From contig CAVTQK010000015.1 in the NCBI GenBank assembly GCA_963736855.1, forward strand, positions 160,001-224,000: a stretch of 64,000 bases of DNA, written 5' to 3'. The translations under genes and the position numbers were made by a program. The stretch comes from an uncultured delta proteobacterium (GTDB lineage: Bacteria; Desulfobacterota; Desulfobacteria; Desulfobacterales; UBA2156). The notes beneath the pieces are model-generated. The model was not told the origin of the DNA and did no database searches. It was given only the letters and a program-made list of their open reading frames with translations. Numbering within the stretch: the stretch's first letter is position 1; each line of letters opens with the position of its first letter. Positions 54,191-63,736 of the stretch are shown here, piece by piece.

Positions 54191-55782
54191 GATATTCCAT
54201 CCCGGGGTATTTCGGGATCGATACGAAACGGAGGTCCGGCTTTCACGGATGGAAAGCGGGAAAGATCGGTATGAGGAATAAATTTTGCCGCGCTGAATCG
54301 GTTCATGAAGTCCTGGTTGACGTTGAGCTCCAGGTAGGTGGTTTGTTCCCGGATCTTAGCCACCTGGTCGATGCTTTCCCGGGAGAATAATGCCTGAACG
54401 GCGCCTTCGATGGCGCTGTTTCCTAAAACATGGAATCGATCCCTGGGCAGGTCGGGAAGCAGACCGATACCAATGGCGGATTCCGGATCAACGATGGAAC
54501 CAAAGGCTCCGGCCACGTAAAAGGAAGCGATATCTTCCAGGGAAACGCCGACGGTTTGCGCCAGGGTTTCCAGGATCGTGTACATGGCGGCTTTGGAGCG
54601 GATAAGGCTGTCTAAATCAGCCTGAGTAAGAGTGAGGTCGACCCCGGTGGCTGCCTCTTGGGCCGGAACCAGCACAAAATGCATCTCAGTACCTCGTTTT
54701 ATAAGATACTTCGAACATGCCGAAAGGACCCATTTCCCTTGAATATCGATCATGCCGGCCCGAAAGAGCTGGGCGGTCAGATCGATGAGGCCGGAGCCGC
54801 ATATTCCTCTGGGTGGCTGGTTTTCAATGGTTCGGATGCGGATTTTCTTTGTGATCGGATCGATGGATATCCGGTCGATGACTCCCGGCCCGGCGATCAT
54901 TCCCATTCGCGTGACTCCACCCTCCAGGGCCGGTCCGGCGGCTCCCGCGCAGGCCATAAGCCAATCCCGGTTTCCCAGCACCACTTCCGCGTTGGTTCCT
55001 ACATCGACCAACAGGGAGACCCCGTCCTTCTCGTGCATTCCCGAGTAAAGTATGCCCGCAAAAAGATCCCCTCCGAAGTAACTGCCGATATTGGGAAAGA
55101 CGAAAACGCGGCCTGCCGGATGAATCCGAATGCCGATCTTTTCGGAAAAAAGCAAAGGGATTCGATTGATCACAGGAATGTATGGCTCCCGAATCAGGTG
55201 CCGGGGGGAAAGACCCAGGAAAAAATGGGTCATGGTAGTGTTCCCGGCTGCAGATATGATGAAGATCCGCTCCTTCTTAAAGCCACAGGCTCTGCAAAGG
55301 GTTTCCAGGTTTTTGTTAATGGCTTCGATTAAGAGGCGGTTGAGTTCAAAAAGCCCCTCCTTCATTTCAGAATAGTGGATCCGAGTTAAAACATCCGGCC
55401 CGATTTGAATCTGGGGGTTGGTGAAGGCGGCCTGCCCAAGGACGGCGTGGCTTTGAAGATCGACAAGTTTCATGACCACCGTGGTGGTTCCCATGTCCAG
55501 GGCCAGTCCTGCGACTATCTGGGCGTCATCCGGATCCAGTATTCCTACAAGGGTGTACCGATCCAAATCCTTGAACACAACACACCGAACTCGATAGGCA
55601 TGTTTCCGAAGAAATTCGGAAAGCGGTTGGATCAGTTCCAGATCGATGTGGATGGAATCGGCGGAAATATTTCTTTTTAAGCCTTCAATAAGCCTGTCGG
55701 TATCCGCAGTGTTGTTTTTCAGGGATGGTGGGGTAAGAGCTAAGATCTTCACCCATCCCGATTGGGTGTTAGGCTCCCTCAT
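54187..55782 (-). CDS. ASKHA/DUF4445 ATP-dependent reductive activator of corrinoid proteins (RACo/AcsV-like)
   Basis: DMGTTTV, AGNTTM, DVGTNAE, GPALEG, GICGSG, AGAFG, YLELN motifs. Confidence 0.87.
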   Translation of the reverse strand: MREPNTQSGWVKILALTPPSLKNNTADTDRLIEGLKRNISADSIHIDLELIQPLSEFLRKHAYRVRCVVFKDLDRYTLVGILDPDDAQIVAGLALDMGTTTVVMKLVDLQSHAVLGQAAFTNPQIQIGPDVLTRIHYSEMKEGLFELNRLLIEAINKNLETLCRACGFKKERIFIISAAGNTTMTHFFLGLSPRHLIREPYIPVINRIPLLFSEKIGIRIHPAGRVFVFPNIGSYFGGDLFAGILYSGMHEKDGVSLLVDVGTNAEVVLGNRDWLMACAGAAGPALEGGVTRMGMIAGPGVIDRISIDPITKKIRIRTIENQPPRGICGSGLIDLTAQLFRAGMIDIQGKWVLSACSKYLIKRGTEMHFVLVPAQEAATGVDLTLTQADLDSLIRSKAAMYTILETLAQTVGVSLEDIASFYVAGAFGSIVDPESAIGIGLLPDLPRDRFHVLGNSAIEGAVQALFSRESIDQVAKIREQTTYLELNVNQDFMNRFSAAKFIPHTDLSRFPSVKAGPPFRIDPEIPRDGIS

Positions 55783-55788
55783 GACATC

Positions 55789-56535
55789 CTACAGCAGACG
55801 TTCGAGTTCCGCCAGGATGGCGGCGAGGGTTTCTCCGGCTTTTCCTTGAATCAGGTAATCGCTGATGCTCCCGGTCAGAGGGGTGGTCTCCGGATTGATC
55901 TCGATCACCCTGGCGCCGGCCTGCTTAGCGATGACAGGCATGAGGGCGGCGGGTTGCACCACTGCCGATGTGCCGACCACCAGCATCAAATCGCAGGTTG
56001 AAGCGGCCTGTCTTGACCGATACAGGGCCTGGGAAGGGATCATTTCGCCGAAAAAGACGCAGTCGGGCCGATAGATGCCGCCGCAGGGGCATTTCGGAGG
56101 GATTTCGGAAAGATCGATCTGTCCGGTCTTTATGCGTGTTCCGCAGGTTAAACAAAAATGCCAGGCAAAGTTGCCATGGAACTCGATGACATCGGTATTG
56201 CCCGCCATTTGGTGCAGGCCATCCACGTTCTGGGTGATCACCGTATTTAATTTACCCAAAGTTTCCAGCCGGGCAAGCCCCAGATGCCCATCGTTGGGTT
56301 TTGCCTGGTCGATGATGTCCTTCATATCCTTGAGGAGTGCGTTCCAAACTTTGATTGGGTCTGTCATGAACGCGTCGATGTGGGCGTATTCCATGGGATC
56401 GAATTTTTCCCAAATGCCGCCTTTCCCTCGAAAAGGAGGAATGTTGCTTTCCACCGAAATTCCTGCTCCGGTGAGGGCGACGACCTGCTTACAGGTTGCC
56501 AGATCCTTTGCCGCTTTTTTGATGAGTGCATCCAT
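55789..56535 (-). CDS. cobB: NAD-dependent protein deacylase (sirtuin)
   Basis: TGAGISVES.IP.FRG, TQNVDGLH, HGN, CxxC...CxC, RPDCVFFGE, VGTS, EIN. Confidence 0.92.
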   Translation of the reverse strand: MDALIKKAAKDLATCKQVVALTGAGISVESNIPPFRGKGGIWEKFDPMEYAHIDAFMTDPIKVWNALLKDMKDIIDQAKPNDGHLGLARLETLGKLNTVITQNVDGLHQMAGNTDVIEFHGNFAWHFCLTCGTRIKTGQIDLSEIPPKCPCGGIYRPDCVFFGEMIPSQALYRSRQAASTCDLMLVVGTSAVVQPAALMPVIAKQAGARVIEINPETTPLTGSISDYLIQGKAGETLAAILAELERLL

Positions 56536-56545
56536 TAATTCTTTT

Positions 56546-57385
56546 CTAAAGATCAAACTGGGTATCGCAACCGACGGCCAGGACCTCCAGGGCAGAGCTG
56601 TTTTTGGTGATCTCGTTTCGGCAGTCCTCGACGATGCGATCCATATCCGCATCCGTCCGGTCCCGGTTTAGGTGAAAAAGTCCCAGCTTGCCGACCCCAG
56701 CCTCCATGGCCAGATTGAGGACGTCTCGATAGCAAGAGTGACCCCAACGGATAGTGGTCTGGTACTCCTCGGGTGTGTATTCAGCATCATGGAAGAGGAT
56801 GTCCGCTCCCTCCGAAAAGGCGCGATAGTCCGGGTAGGAGAGACCATACGGATGCACATGACCCAGCTCGTTATCCGTAAGAAACACGAAGGTTTTCCCG
56901 TTTTCCACGATTTTATATCCGAATCCCGTGTTTGGGTGACTCAATGCAATGGGGGTCAGGGTGATGGAACCGATTTCGAATGTCCCTTGGGGATCTTTTT
57001 GGAATAGGATTTCAGCGTCGATATCCGATGACTTCAAGGGGAAGTTGGGAGGGTACATCACCCGGGAAAGAACATGCCGGGCATAATTTTTATGGAAAGA
57101 TCCGTTGTGAAAAATCAAGCGGGCATTTTTGAAAAGGGTGGGTTTGAAGAAAGGGAATCCCAAGATGTGATCCCAGTGGCAGTGAGTAAAGATGAGATGG
57201 TATTCAAAACGGTTTTCCTGGAGCAGGCTGTTTCCCAACTTTCGAATCCCGGTTCCGGTGTCGATAATCAGGATATGATCGCTTTGGGTCCTAACCTCCA
57301 GACAAGTGGTATCCCCACCATATTTAAGATATTCATATCCGGAGACCGGAACAGAACCGCGGGAACCCCAGCATTTGATCTGCAT
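56546..57385 (-). CDS. MBL-fold metallohydrolase (RNase Z/phosphodiesterase-like)
   Basis: WGSRGS.P, YGGDTTC, THCHWDH, TDNE, WGHS, FH. Confidence 0.88.
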   Translation of the reverse strand: MQIKCWGSRGSVPVSGYEYLKYGGDTTCLEVRTQSDHILIIDTGTGIRKLGNSLLQENRFEYHLIFTHCHWDHILGFPFFKPTLFKNARLIFHNGSFHKNYARHVLSRVMYPPNFPLKSSDIDAEILFQKDPQGTFEIGSITLTPIALSHPNTGFGYKIVENGKTFVFLTDNELGHVHPYGLSYPDYRAFSEGADILFHDAEYTPEEYQTTIRWGHSCYRDVLNLAMEAGVGKLGLFHLNRDRTDADMDRIVEDCRNEITKNSSALEVLAVGCDTQFDL

Positions 57386-57402
57386 CTTTTACCCCCGGAG
57401 GT

Positions 57403-58302
57403 TCATCTGGCAGTCAACTCAATGGACTTGGCACGATTTCTCAGAAGATAGGTATACCAGATCCCCTCGTGGTTTTGGGATTCGACGATGTCAAACCGCT
57501 TAGATGCCAATACATCTGTCACATCCCGTGCCTCGCTTCGCATCAGCCCGGAAAGAATCACCCATCGTTTCTGATTCAACCCCTTTGCGTAAAGCAGACC
57601 TTTCATTGCATCGTAGTGGATGTTCGCTATCACGAGATCGGCCGGGCAGTCAATAAAATCCTTTGCATCTCCTTGAATAGCAAGGATTTTATTTTCCATC
57701 CGGTTGATTCGGATGTTTTTTTGGGCCGTACGTGCCGCCAGGGGATTGAGATCCACGGCAAGGGCTCTTTGAGCCCCCAGTTTTACGGCGGCTAAAGCCA
57801 GAATGCCGGTGCCGGTTCCCAGGTCGAGGATCGTATGGGAATTTACCCTTTCAAAAAGGAGGTTCAGGACCTTCAGGCAGCCTATTGTCGTAGGATGAGC
57901 CCCGGAACCGAAAACGACTCCGGGATCCAGGAGCAGGGTATGCGGTGCATCACCGACGGTCCCGACAGATTCCTCTTGATACCAGCAGGGCATCACCCGG
58001 ATCGTGCCGACCTGAAAGGGAACCGGGTCTATTCCCTGCCAAAGGGTATAGTCGAGGCAAAACTGATCGATAAGATTCAACCCTGGATGTTTTTTTAAAA
58101 AAGCCGTCACGGCTTCTTGTGCGGGCACGGAAAAAAACAGGAAAGAGGTCTGATCCTCCTTCCAGTTGCCTAAAAAATTTATATCGGAAGAAAATGCATC
58201 GGCATCCACGCTTCCGTCGAGATAGTAGATATAAAGGTCGCCGTAAGGGCAGGCTTCCTTCTCCGGTGAAGGTTTTGGTGCCTTGATGGGGTTATCGTCC
58301 AT
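57403..58302 (-). CDS. PrmA-like SAM-dependent protein methyltransferase
   Basis: DPGVVFGSGAHPTT, LDLGTGTGILA, VIANI, ILSG. Confidence 0.8.
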   Translation of the reverse strand: MDDNPIKAPKPSPEKEACPYGDLYIYYLDGSVDADAFSSDINFLGNWKEDQTSFLFFSVPAQEAVTAFLKKHPGLNLIDQFCLDYTLWQGIDPVPFQVGTIRVMPCWYQEESVGTVGDAPHTLLLDPGVVFGSGAHPTTIGCLKVLNLLFERVNSHTILDLGTGTGILALAAVKLGAQRALAVDLNPLAARTAQKNIRINRMENKILAIQGDAKDFIDCPADLVIANIHYDAMKGLLYAKGLNQKRWVILSGLMRSEARDVTDVLASKRFDIVESQNHEGIWYTYLLRNRAKSIELTAR

Positions 58303-58972
58303 CCGCGGGGAGTTGATCGATGTACCATTCCATAGGGTCCAGCAACGTGAAGCCAAGACCTTTAAGTTTCTTTTTTACACGACCGACGTTTTGCGTCAAT
58401 AAATAGGGGAATACCGCCCGCTTTCCCTTATCCCAGTAACGGGCTACCAGGATGCTTCCAAAAGAAATGCCTTCTTCGGTGATGGCGTCCACGATCCGTT
58501 TCATAGTTCCGAGCTTATCTTCCACGAGGATGCAAAGCAGGGTTCCAGGTTCTTCGATGCCCAAAACGTTGATGAAGGTTCGAATTAAATCTCTTACGCC
58601 GATGATCCCTTTAACGTGTCCGTCATCATCCACCACGGGGAGGGCCCCCACCCGCGTGAACTGTATCAGAAGCAGAACATCTTCGATGGTATGAGAGGGG
58701 CGAACCGTGACCACCTTTTTGGTCATGACGTCTTTTACCTTGATCTTGACCAGTTTGTTGCGCTCCTCCCGACTGTCATAGTCCTGCAGAAGAATGGAGG
58801 GCATGGCGCTTCGAATGTCCCGGTCGGTGACGATGCCGATCAGGCGGTTTTGTTCATCCACCACGGGAAGATGCCGAATCTGGTGGTCTTTCATCTTTTC
58901 CCCGGCGGCAAAAATTGTCTCTTCCGGGTTCACGGTAATGACTTTTGTTGCCATCGATTTGCTAACGAACAT
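58292..58972 (-). CDS. AcuB-like CBS-pair plus ACT domain protein
   Basis: Two CBS domains (IRHLPVVD, GIVTDRD, GALPVVD) and C-terminal ACT (VEDKLG). Confidence 0.85.
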   Translation of the reverse strand: MFVSKSMATKVITVNPEETIFAAGEKMKDHQIRHLPVVDEQNRLIGIVTDRDIRSAMPSILLQDYDSREERNKLVKIKVKDVMTKKVVTVRPSHTIEDVLLLIQFTRVGALPVVDDDGHVKGIIGVRDLIRTFINVLGIEEPGTLLCILVEDKLGTMKRIVDAITEEGISFGSILVARYWDKGKRAVFPYLLTQNVGRVKKKLKGLGFTLLDPMEWYIDQLPADGR

Positions 58973-59927
58973 CGGGTCCTCCGTTCAATAAGATGGTGAC
59001 ATGGTTCTTGGCCAGTTCTCCCAGACGATGCAGCGCGTATCCACCTTCCAGGACAGACAGGAGCCGCCCTTTGGTGTGTTTTTCCGCCAGGGCCACGATC
59101 TGTTCCATGATCCATGAAAAGCATTCTGTCGTCAGACGGATGTCGGACATGTCGTCGTCCATGTGACCGTCGAATCCTGTTGAAACAATGATCACCTCAG
59201 GTTCAAACTGTCCGATGGCCGGAATCATGTCTCTTTTTAAATAGAGCTGATAGATATCATCCCCCTGGCCGGGGAGCACTGGTGAATTCATGGTGAAACC
59301 CAGACCCTTTCCGACTCCCTTATCAAAGTCCCGACCGGTTCCCGGATAGGCAAAAGAGGGATGCTCGTGAATGGAGTAGTAAAAAACGGTCGGGTCTTCT
59401 TCGAAAATGTGCTGGGTGCCGTTGCCGTGATGAACATCGAAATCGATGATGGCTACCCGTTGAATCCCCCACTCAATTTGAAAATACCGTGCGGCGATGG
59501 CCACGTTATTGAAATAGCAAAATCCCATGGCGGCGGAATGTTCGGCATGGTGCCCCGGCGGCCTAACGGCGCAAAAGGCGTTATCGATTTCGCCTTTCAT
59601 GATCATTTCCGCTGCTTTCAGGATGCCGCCTACGGCCAATAGGGCGATTTCGAAGCTCATATCGCACATCTGGTTGTCCGCGCAGTCGAAGGTCCGAACA
59701 TGCGATATGCAGGCATCGTTAAAACGGTTGATGTATTCTTTGGAATGAACCGTTTCGATCCATCGCATGTCGGCCCGGCAGGCCTTGATGGGGATCAGAT
59801 GGTTCAGCAAGCCGTCCTTTTGAATTCCCTCATGAATCGCCTTTAACCGTTCTGGAACTTCCGGATGCCAGGAACCGGTTTCGTGCAGCAGGAATCTCTC
59901 GTCGTAAAGATACCCGGTTTTTTTCAT
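58962..59927 (-). CDS. Zn-dependent histone deacetylase-family protein (AcuC-like)
   Basis: HPEVPERL, RPPGHHA, GFCYFNN, DFDVHHGNGTQ, GFD, LEGGY. Confidence 0.93.
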   Translation of the reverse strand: MKKTGYLYDERFLLHETGSWHPEVPERLKAIHEGIQKDGLLNHLIPIKACRADMRWIETVHSKEYINRFNDACISHVRTFDCADNQMCDMSFEIALLAVGGILKAAEMIMKGEIDNAFCAVRPPGHHAEHSAAMGFCYFNNVAIAARYFQIEWGIQRVAIIDFDVHHGNGTQHIFEEDPTVFYYSIHEHPSFAYPGTGRDFDKGVGKGLGFTMNSPVLPGQGDDIYQLYLKRDMIPAIGQFEPEVIIVSTGFDGHMDDDMSDIRLTTECFSWIMEQIVALAEKHTKGRLLSVLEGGYALHRLGELAKNHVTILLNGGPDVR

Positions 59928-59947
59928 GGACCTCTTCAATTAAAAAG

Positions 59948-60697
59948 CTATTTGACGATTTTATCAAACATCGAAAATGCCGCCTTCACGGCGGGGTTGT
60001 CCTCGGGCAGGGTCACGGTGGGCCGCCCATGGAGATCATAGTCATAGACGGTATCGTCCTCCGGGATCGTTCCCAGTAATTCAAGACCGTCTTCTTTAAC
60101 GAACTCCAAAAGGGATGAAACATCTTCCAGTTTGGCATGGTTGATGATGAGATAGCTTTTCCCCACACCGATCTTCAATTCTTTAGCCAGTGCGTTGATC
60201 CGGGAAGCGGCCGTGATGCTCCTGCGGGAGGTGTCGGAGACGATGAGCAGGATATCCACGTTCTTGGTGGTGAGGCGGCTGATATGTTCCATCCCGGCCT
60301 CGTTGTCCATAACGATGTACGGGTAATTATTGGTCAGCTTTTCCAGAAACCCGGCAAGGAGGGAATTGGCTGCACAATAACATCCGGCACCTTCGGGTTG
60401 GCCCATGACGATAAGGTCGAAGCCTCCGGACTCCACCACGGCTTCTTCGAGTTTCATGGAGATAAAAATGTCCTTGGTCATGCCGGAAGGGACCTGCCCT
60501 TTTTTCATTTTTTCCCGAGCCCCTCCCAGGGTTTCTGTGACCTCAACACCCAGGACCTCGTTCAAATTGGCATTGGCATCCGCATCCACAGCCAGGATGG
60601 GGGTTTTATTGTGGCTGATGAGATATTTTACAAGAAGTCCAGCCACTGTGGTTTTTCCCGTGCCGCCTTTTCCGGCAAGGGCGATGGTAAAAGCCAT
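59948..60697 (-). CDS. cooC: CooC/AcsF nickel-insertion ATPase (CODH/ACS maturation)
   Basis: GKGGTGKTT, VDAD, GCYC Ni-binding motif, DNEAGMEH.SR. Confidence 0.9.
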   Translation of the reverse strand: MAFTIALAGKGGTGKTTVAGLLVKYLISHNKTPILAVDADANANLNEVLGVEVTETLGGAREKMKKGQVPSGMTKDIFISMKLEEAVVESGGFDLIVMGQPEGAGCYCAANSLLAGFLEKLTNNYPYIVMDNEAGMEHISRLTTKNVDILLIVSDTSRRSITAASRINALAKELKIGVGKSYLIINHAKLEDVSSLLEFVKEDGLELLGTIPEDDTVYDYDLHGRPTVTLPEDNPAVKAAFSMFDKIVK

Positions 60698-60830
60698 GAT
60701 TCAATCTCCTATTCAATAATATATCAAAAATACGGTCTGTTGAAAAACATGAAATTTCCTTAAGGGAGTCGTATTCAACAGTCAAGCGACTTTTTTCTTT
60801 AACGGCCCGGCAGCCGGTCCGGCAAACACC

Positions 60831-60897
60831 TTGAAATGCACCTATATGTATGGTAAATTTTACATCTACGGTGATATGAATCATCATCGTTCATATC
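60831..60897 (+). promoter_or_regulatory. Promoter and palindromic operator of the acyl-CoA dehydrogenase gene
   Basis: TTGAAA-17 bp-TAAATT with extended -10 TG; GATATGAA-N9-TTCATATC at 60873-60897. Confidence 0.55.
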
Positions 60898-60924
60898 CAC
60901 ATCGCATGCAAGGGGGCATCGAAG

Positions 60925-62079
60925 ATGAATTTTGAGCTGACGAAATCGCAAAAGGAGATCCAGAAGGCGGCCTATGAGTTCGCCAAGGGGGAATTCGACA
61001 AGGAACTCGCGTTGGAGCTGGACAAGAAACACGAGTTCCCTGAAAAGATCTGGAAAAAAGCCGCGGAACTCGGTTTTATCGGCATCCACTTTCCGGAAGC
61101 TTATTCCGGACAGGGGCTTGGAATTTTGGAAAATATCCTGGTTGCCGAGGAATTCTGCAGGAGGGATTCCGGCATCGGAAGCGCGGTAATTCTTGCCAAT
61201 TTTGCCTCCGAGTGCATCCTGCGATTCGGCAGCGATGTCCAAAAGGAGAAATACCTCCCTTCGGTGGCGGAAGGAAAGACGCTTTCCGGTGGCGCCTTCA
61301 CCGAACCCGGTCATGGGTCGGATATCACTTTTATGGATACCACCGCCACCAAGGATGGCGATTCATGGGTGGTCAACGGCACCAAAACTTTCATTACCAA
61401 TGGAGGCTTGGCGTCGTTTTACACCGTGCTTTGCCAGACCGATACCGAAGCCGTCCCCACCTATCGCGGCATCAGCATGATACTCGTGGAAGGAGACCGC
61501 AAGGGAGTTTCCACCGCCAGTGTCGGGGACAAGATGGGGATTCACATGATAGCCACCGCCGAGGTCAACTTCAAGGATGTTCGTGTGCCGCTGGACCACC
61601 TCGTGGGCAAGGAAGGGAAAGGCTTTTACCAGGTCCTGGAATTTTTCGACGAAAGTCGAATCCTGATTGCTGCTCAGGCCTTGGGGATCGCTCAGGGTGC
61701 CTTTGACCGGGCCATCGACTATGTGAAGCAACGGGAGCAGTTCGGGAAAAAGATCGCACAGTTCCAGGTGACCCAGCATAAGCTCGCCGACATGGCCACC
61801 AAGATCGAGCTGGCGCGCCTGATTACTTACAAAGCGGCTTGGAACTATGACCAGGGCAGGATCGATCCCAAGCTCACTTCCATGGCGAAAATGTATGCCG
61901 GCCGCACTGCGGTGGAGGTTGCGGACGAAGCCATCCAGCTCTTGGGCGGGTACGGGTACATGACGGAATATGAGGTGGAGCGATTCTACCGGGATGCCAG
62001 GATCACGGAAATTTATGAAGGGACACGTGAGATCCAGAAAAACACCATTGCCGGCACCCTCCTTGGAAAAATTAAATAA
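60925..62079 (+). CDS. Acyl-CoA dehydrogenase
   Basis: FTEPGHGSD, NGTKTFITNG, REQFG, QLLGGYGY, IYEGT. Confidence 0.95.
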   Translation: MNFELTKSQKEIQKAAYEFAKGEFDKELALELDKKHEFPEKIWKKAAELGFIGIHFPEAYSGQGLGILENILVAEEFCRRDSGIGSAVILANFASECILRFGSDVQKEKYLPSVAEGKTLSGGAFTEPGHGSDITFMDTTATKDGDSWVVNGTKTFITNGGLASFYTVLCQTDTEAVPTYRGISMILVEGDRKGVSTASVGDKMGIHMIATAEVNFKDVRVPLDHLVGKEGKGFYQVLEFFDESRILIAAQALGIAQGAFDRAIDYVKQREQFGKKIAQFQVTQHKLADMATKIELARLITYKAAWNYDQGRIDPKLTSMAKMYAGRTAVEVADEAIQLLGGYGYMTEYEVERFYRDARITEIYEGTREIQKNTIAGTLLGKIK

Positions 62080-62096
62080 GCCGCTCCGTTAAATAA

Positions 62097-62229
62097 GATG
62101 AAATCGTAAAAAGTGCCAAAACCGTCATGCCGAACTTGATCCGGCATCCAGAAGTAATTGACATTACTGGATTCCGGCTTTCGCCGGAATGACAAAAATG
62201 GGATGTTTACGGGTTTTTACGAACTCATC
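62097..62229. mobile_element. MITE-like element, type C (133 bp) carrying a CGTC-type REP
   Basis: Ends GATGAAATCGTAAAAAG...GTTTTTACGAACTCATC; no clean target duplication. Confidence 0.75.
62123..62193. repeat. CGTC-tagged REP-like palindrome
   Basis: CGTCATGCCG..CCGGCATCCAG-spacer-CTGGATTCCGGC..GCCGGAATGAC. Confidence 0.7.
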
Positions 62230-62240
62230 AAACATTCCTC

Positions 62241-63602
62241 ATGAAAAATGCCCACTCCGATTGTTTCTTTCCGGCAGACAAGGTGAACGGAGAAGAATTA
62301 CCTCGAAAACACGACTTCCCGATTCGGGCAGTGGCGGCAGATGCCGAAGGCCATATCTTCGAGCTTGCAGAATATGGGGCTGTCGGGATGTCCGGAACAC
62401 TCTTCTCACCGCTGACACCCAAAGCCACCCTTCCCATCCCATATGGTACGGAACTCATGTACTTGCCGGATCGCCGGCCTGTGGTTTTCAATCCGGATCA
62501 GGAGCAAATCGAGGTGTTGAAGGAGAACCCCTATGCTCCGGGCGAACCGATTTATCCGGTGGCTGCGTTCAATTCCCCTGGACATATAATCACCGCCGCA
62601 TGTGCTTATCGGGAAAAACGAGGTGCAAGGCCGCTTCCCCTGTTTTCTTATGGAGCAGTGGGATGGCATCAGGGAAAATTTCGTTCCGCCGCCCTTTGTG
62701 TGGATTCAGAGCCCCGCCAGGATCTTCGTCGGATGAAGCCGGAGGCGGTGAGACGGGGGGTTGCGTCCATCCGAAAACTTATGCCGAACAACCGCTTGGC
62801 GCGGCACCTGGAAACCTGCGCTCTGATCTATGGATGCCCGGCCGGAAAAAATTTTTTCTTGAGCCGATATGAAGCGCCACTGCCCACCTCCAGGGTGTGC
62901 AACGCTCGATGTTTAGGATGCATTTCCCTACAGCAAAAAAGCGATATCCCATGCAGCCAGGACCGAATAAAATTTATTCCATCCCCGGAAGAGATCGCCG
63001 AAGTGGCCCTGCATCACATCCGTCGCGTGCGAAAGGCGGTGGTCAGTTTCGGCCAGGGGTGCGAAGGAGAACCTCTCACCGCCGCCCATGTCATCGAGCC
63101 GGCCATCCGGAAAATCCGAACCGAAACGCACCGGGGAACTATAAACCTCAATACCAACGGGAGCATGCCGGCGACCGTCAAACGCCTCTTTTCTGCCGGC
63201 CTCGATTCCATCCGGGTCAGTATGAACAGTGTGCGAGAGCCTTGTTACGAAGCCTATTTCCGACCCAAAAGCTACGCCTTTTCGGATGTGCTCAAGACGA
63301 TTGAAACCGCCATTAAGATGAACAGGTTTGTCTCCATCAACTACCTGAATCTTCCCGGTTTCACAGATACGCCGCAGGAGGTTTCCGCATTGTTTCGTTT
63401 CCTGGAGAAATTCCCCATCAATATGATCCAGTGGCGGAACCTCAATATCGATCCTGTGTACTATTTAAGAGCCATGAGCCGTGTAGCTCCGCAGGGAGAT
63501 CCCATGGGTATCTCCAAATTGCTGGAGCAAGTCCGCAACCGCTTTCCCCATATCCGCTTCGGCTATTTCAACCCTCCCGTCGTGTTACGAAACACCCTTT
63601 GA
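62241..63602 (+). CDS. Radical SAM protein of unknown function
   Basis: CNARCLGC (CxxxCxxC), SFGQGCEGEP, NTNGS. Confidence 0.88.
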   Translation: MKNAHSDCFFPADKVNGEELPRKHDFPIRAVAADAEGHIFELAEYGAVGMSGTLFSPLTPKATLPIPYGTELMYLPDRRPVVFNPDQEQIEVLKENPYAPGEPIYPVAAFNSPGHIITAACAYREKRGARPLPLFSYGAVGWHQGKFRSAALCVDSEPRQDLRRMKPEAVRRGVASIRKLMPNNRLARHLETCALIYGCPAGKNFFLSRYEAPLPTSRVCNARCLGCISLQQKSDIPCSQDRIKFIPSPEEIAEVALHHIRRVRKAVVSFGQGCEGEPLTAAHVIEPAIRKIRTETHRGTINLNTNGSMPATVKRLFSAGLDSIRVSMNSVREPCYEAYFRPKSYAFSDVLKTIETAIKMNRFVSINYLNLPGFTDTPQEVSALFRFLEKFPINMIQWRNLNIDPVYYLRAMSRVAPQGDPMGISKLLEQVRNRFPHIRFGYFNPPVVLRNTL

Positions 63603-63736
63603 ACAAATCCTGGTAAAATGGGTGGGTTGCCTTTATCATTTCAGGCTGATAAAATAACAAAATGTTCAAATACTGCGGTATGAGATCTTGTTTTTCGTCG
63701 ATTATCAATCGAACCAACAGGAAAGGACTGAGGCCA

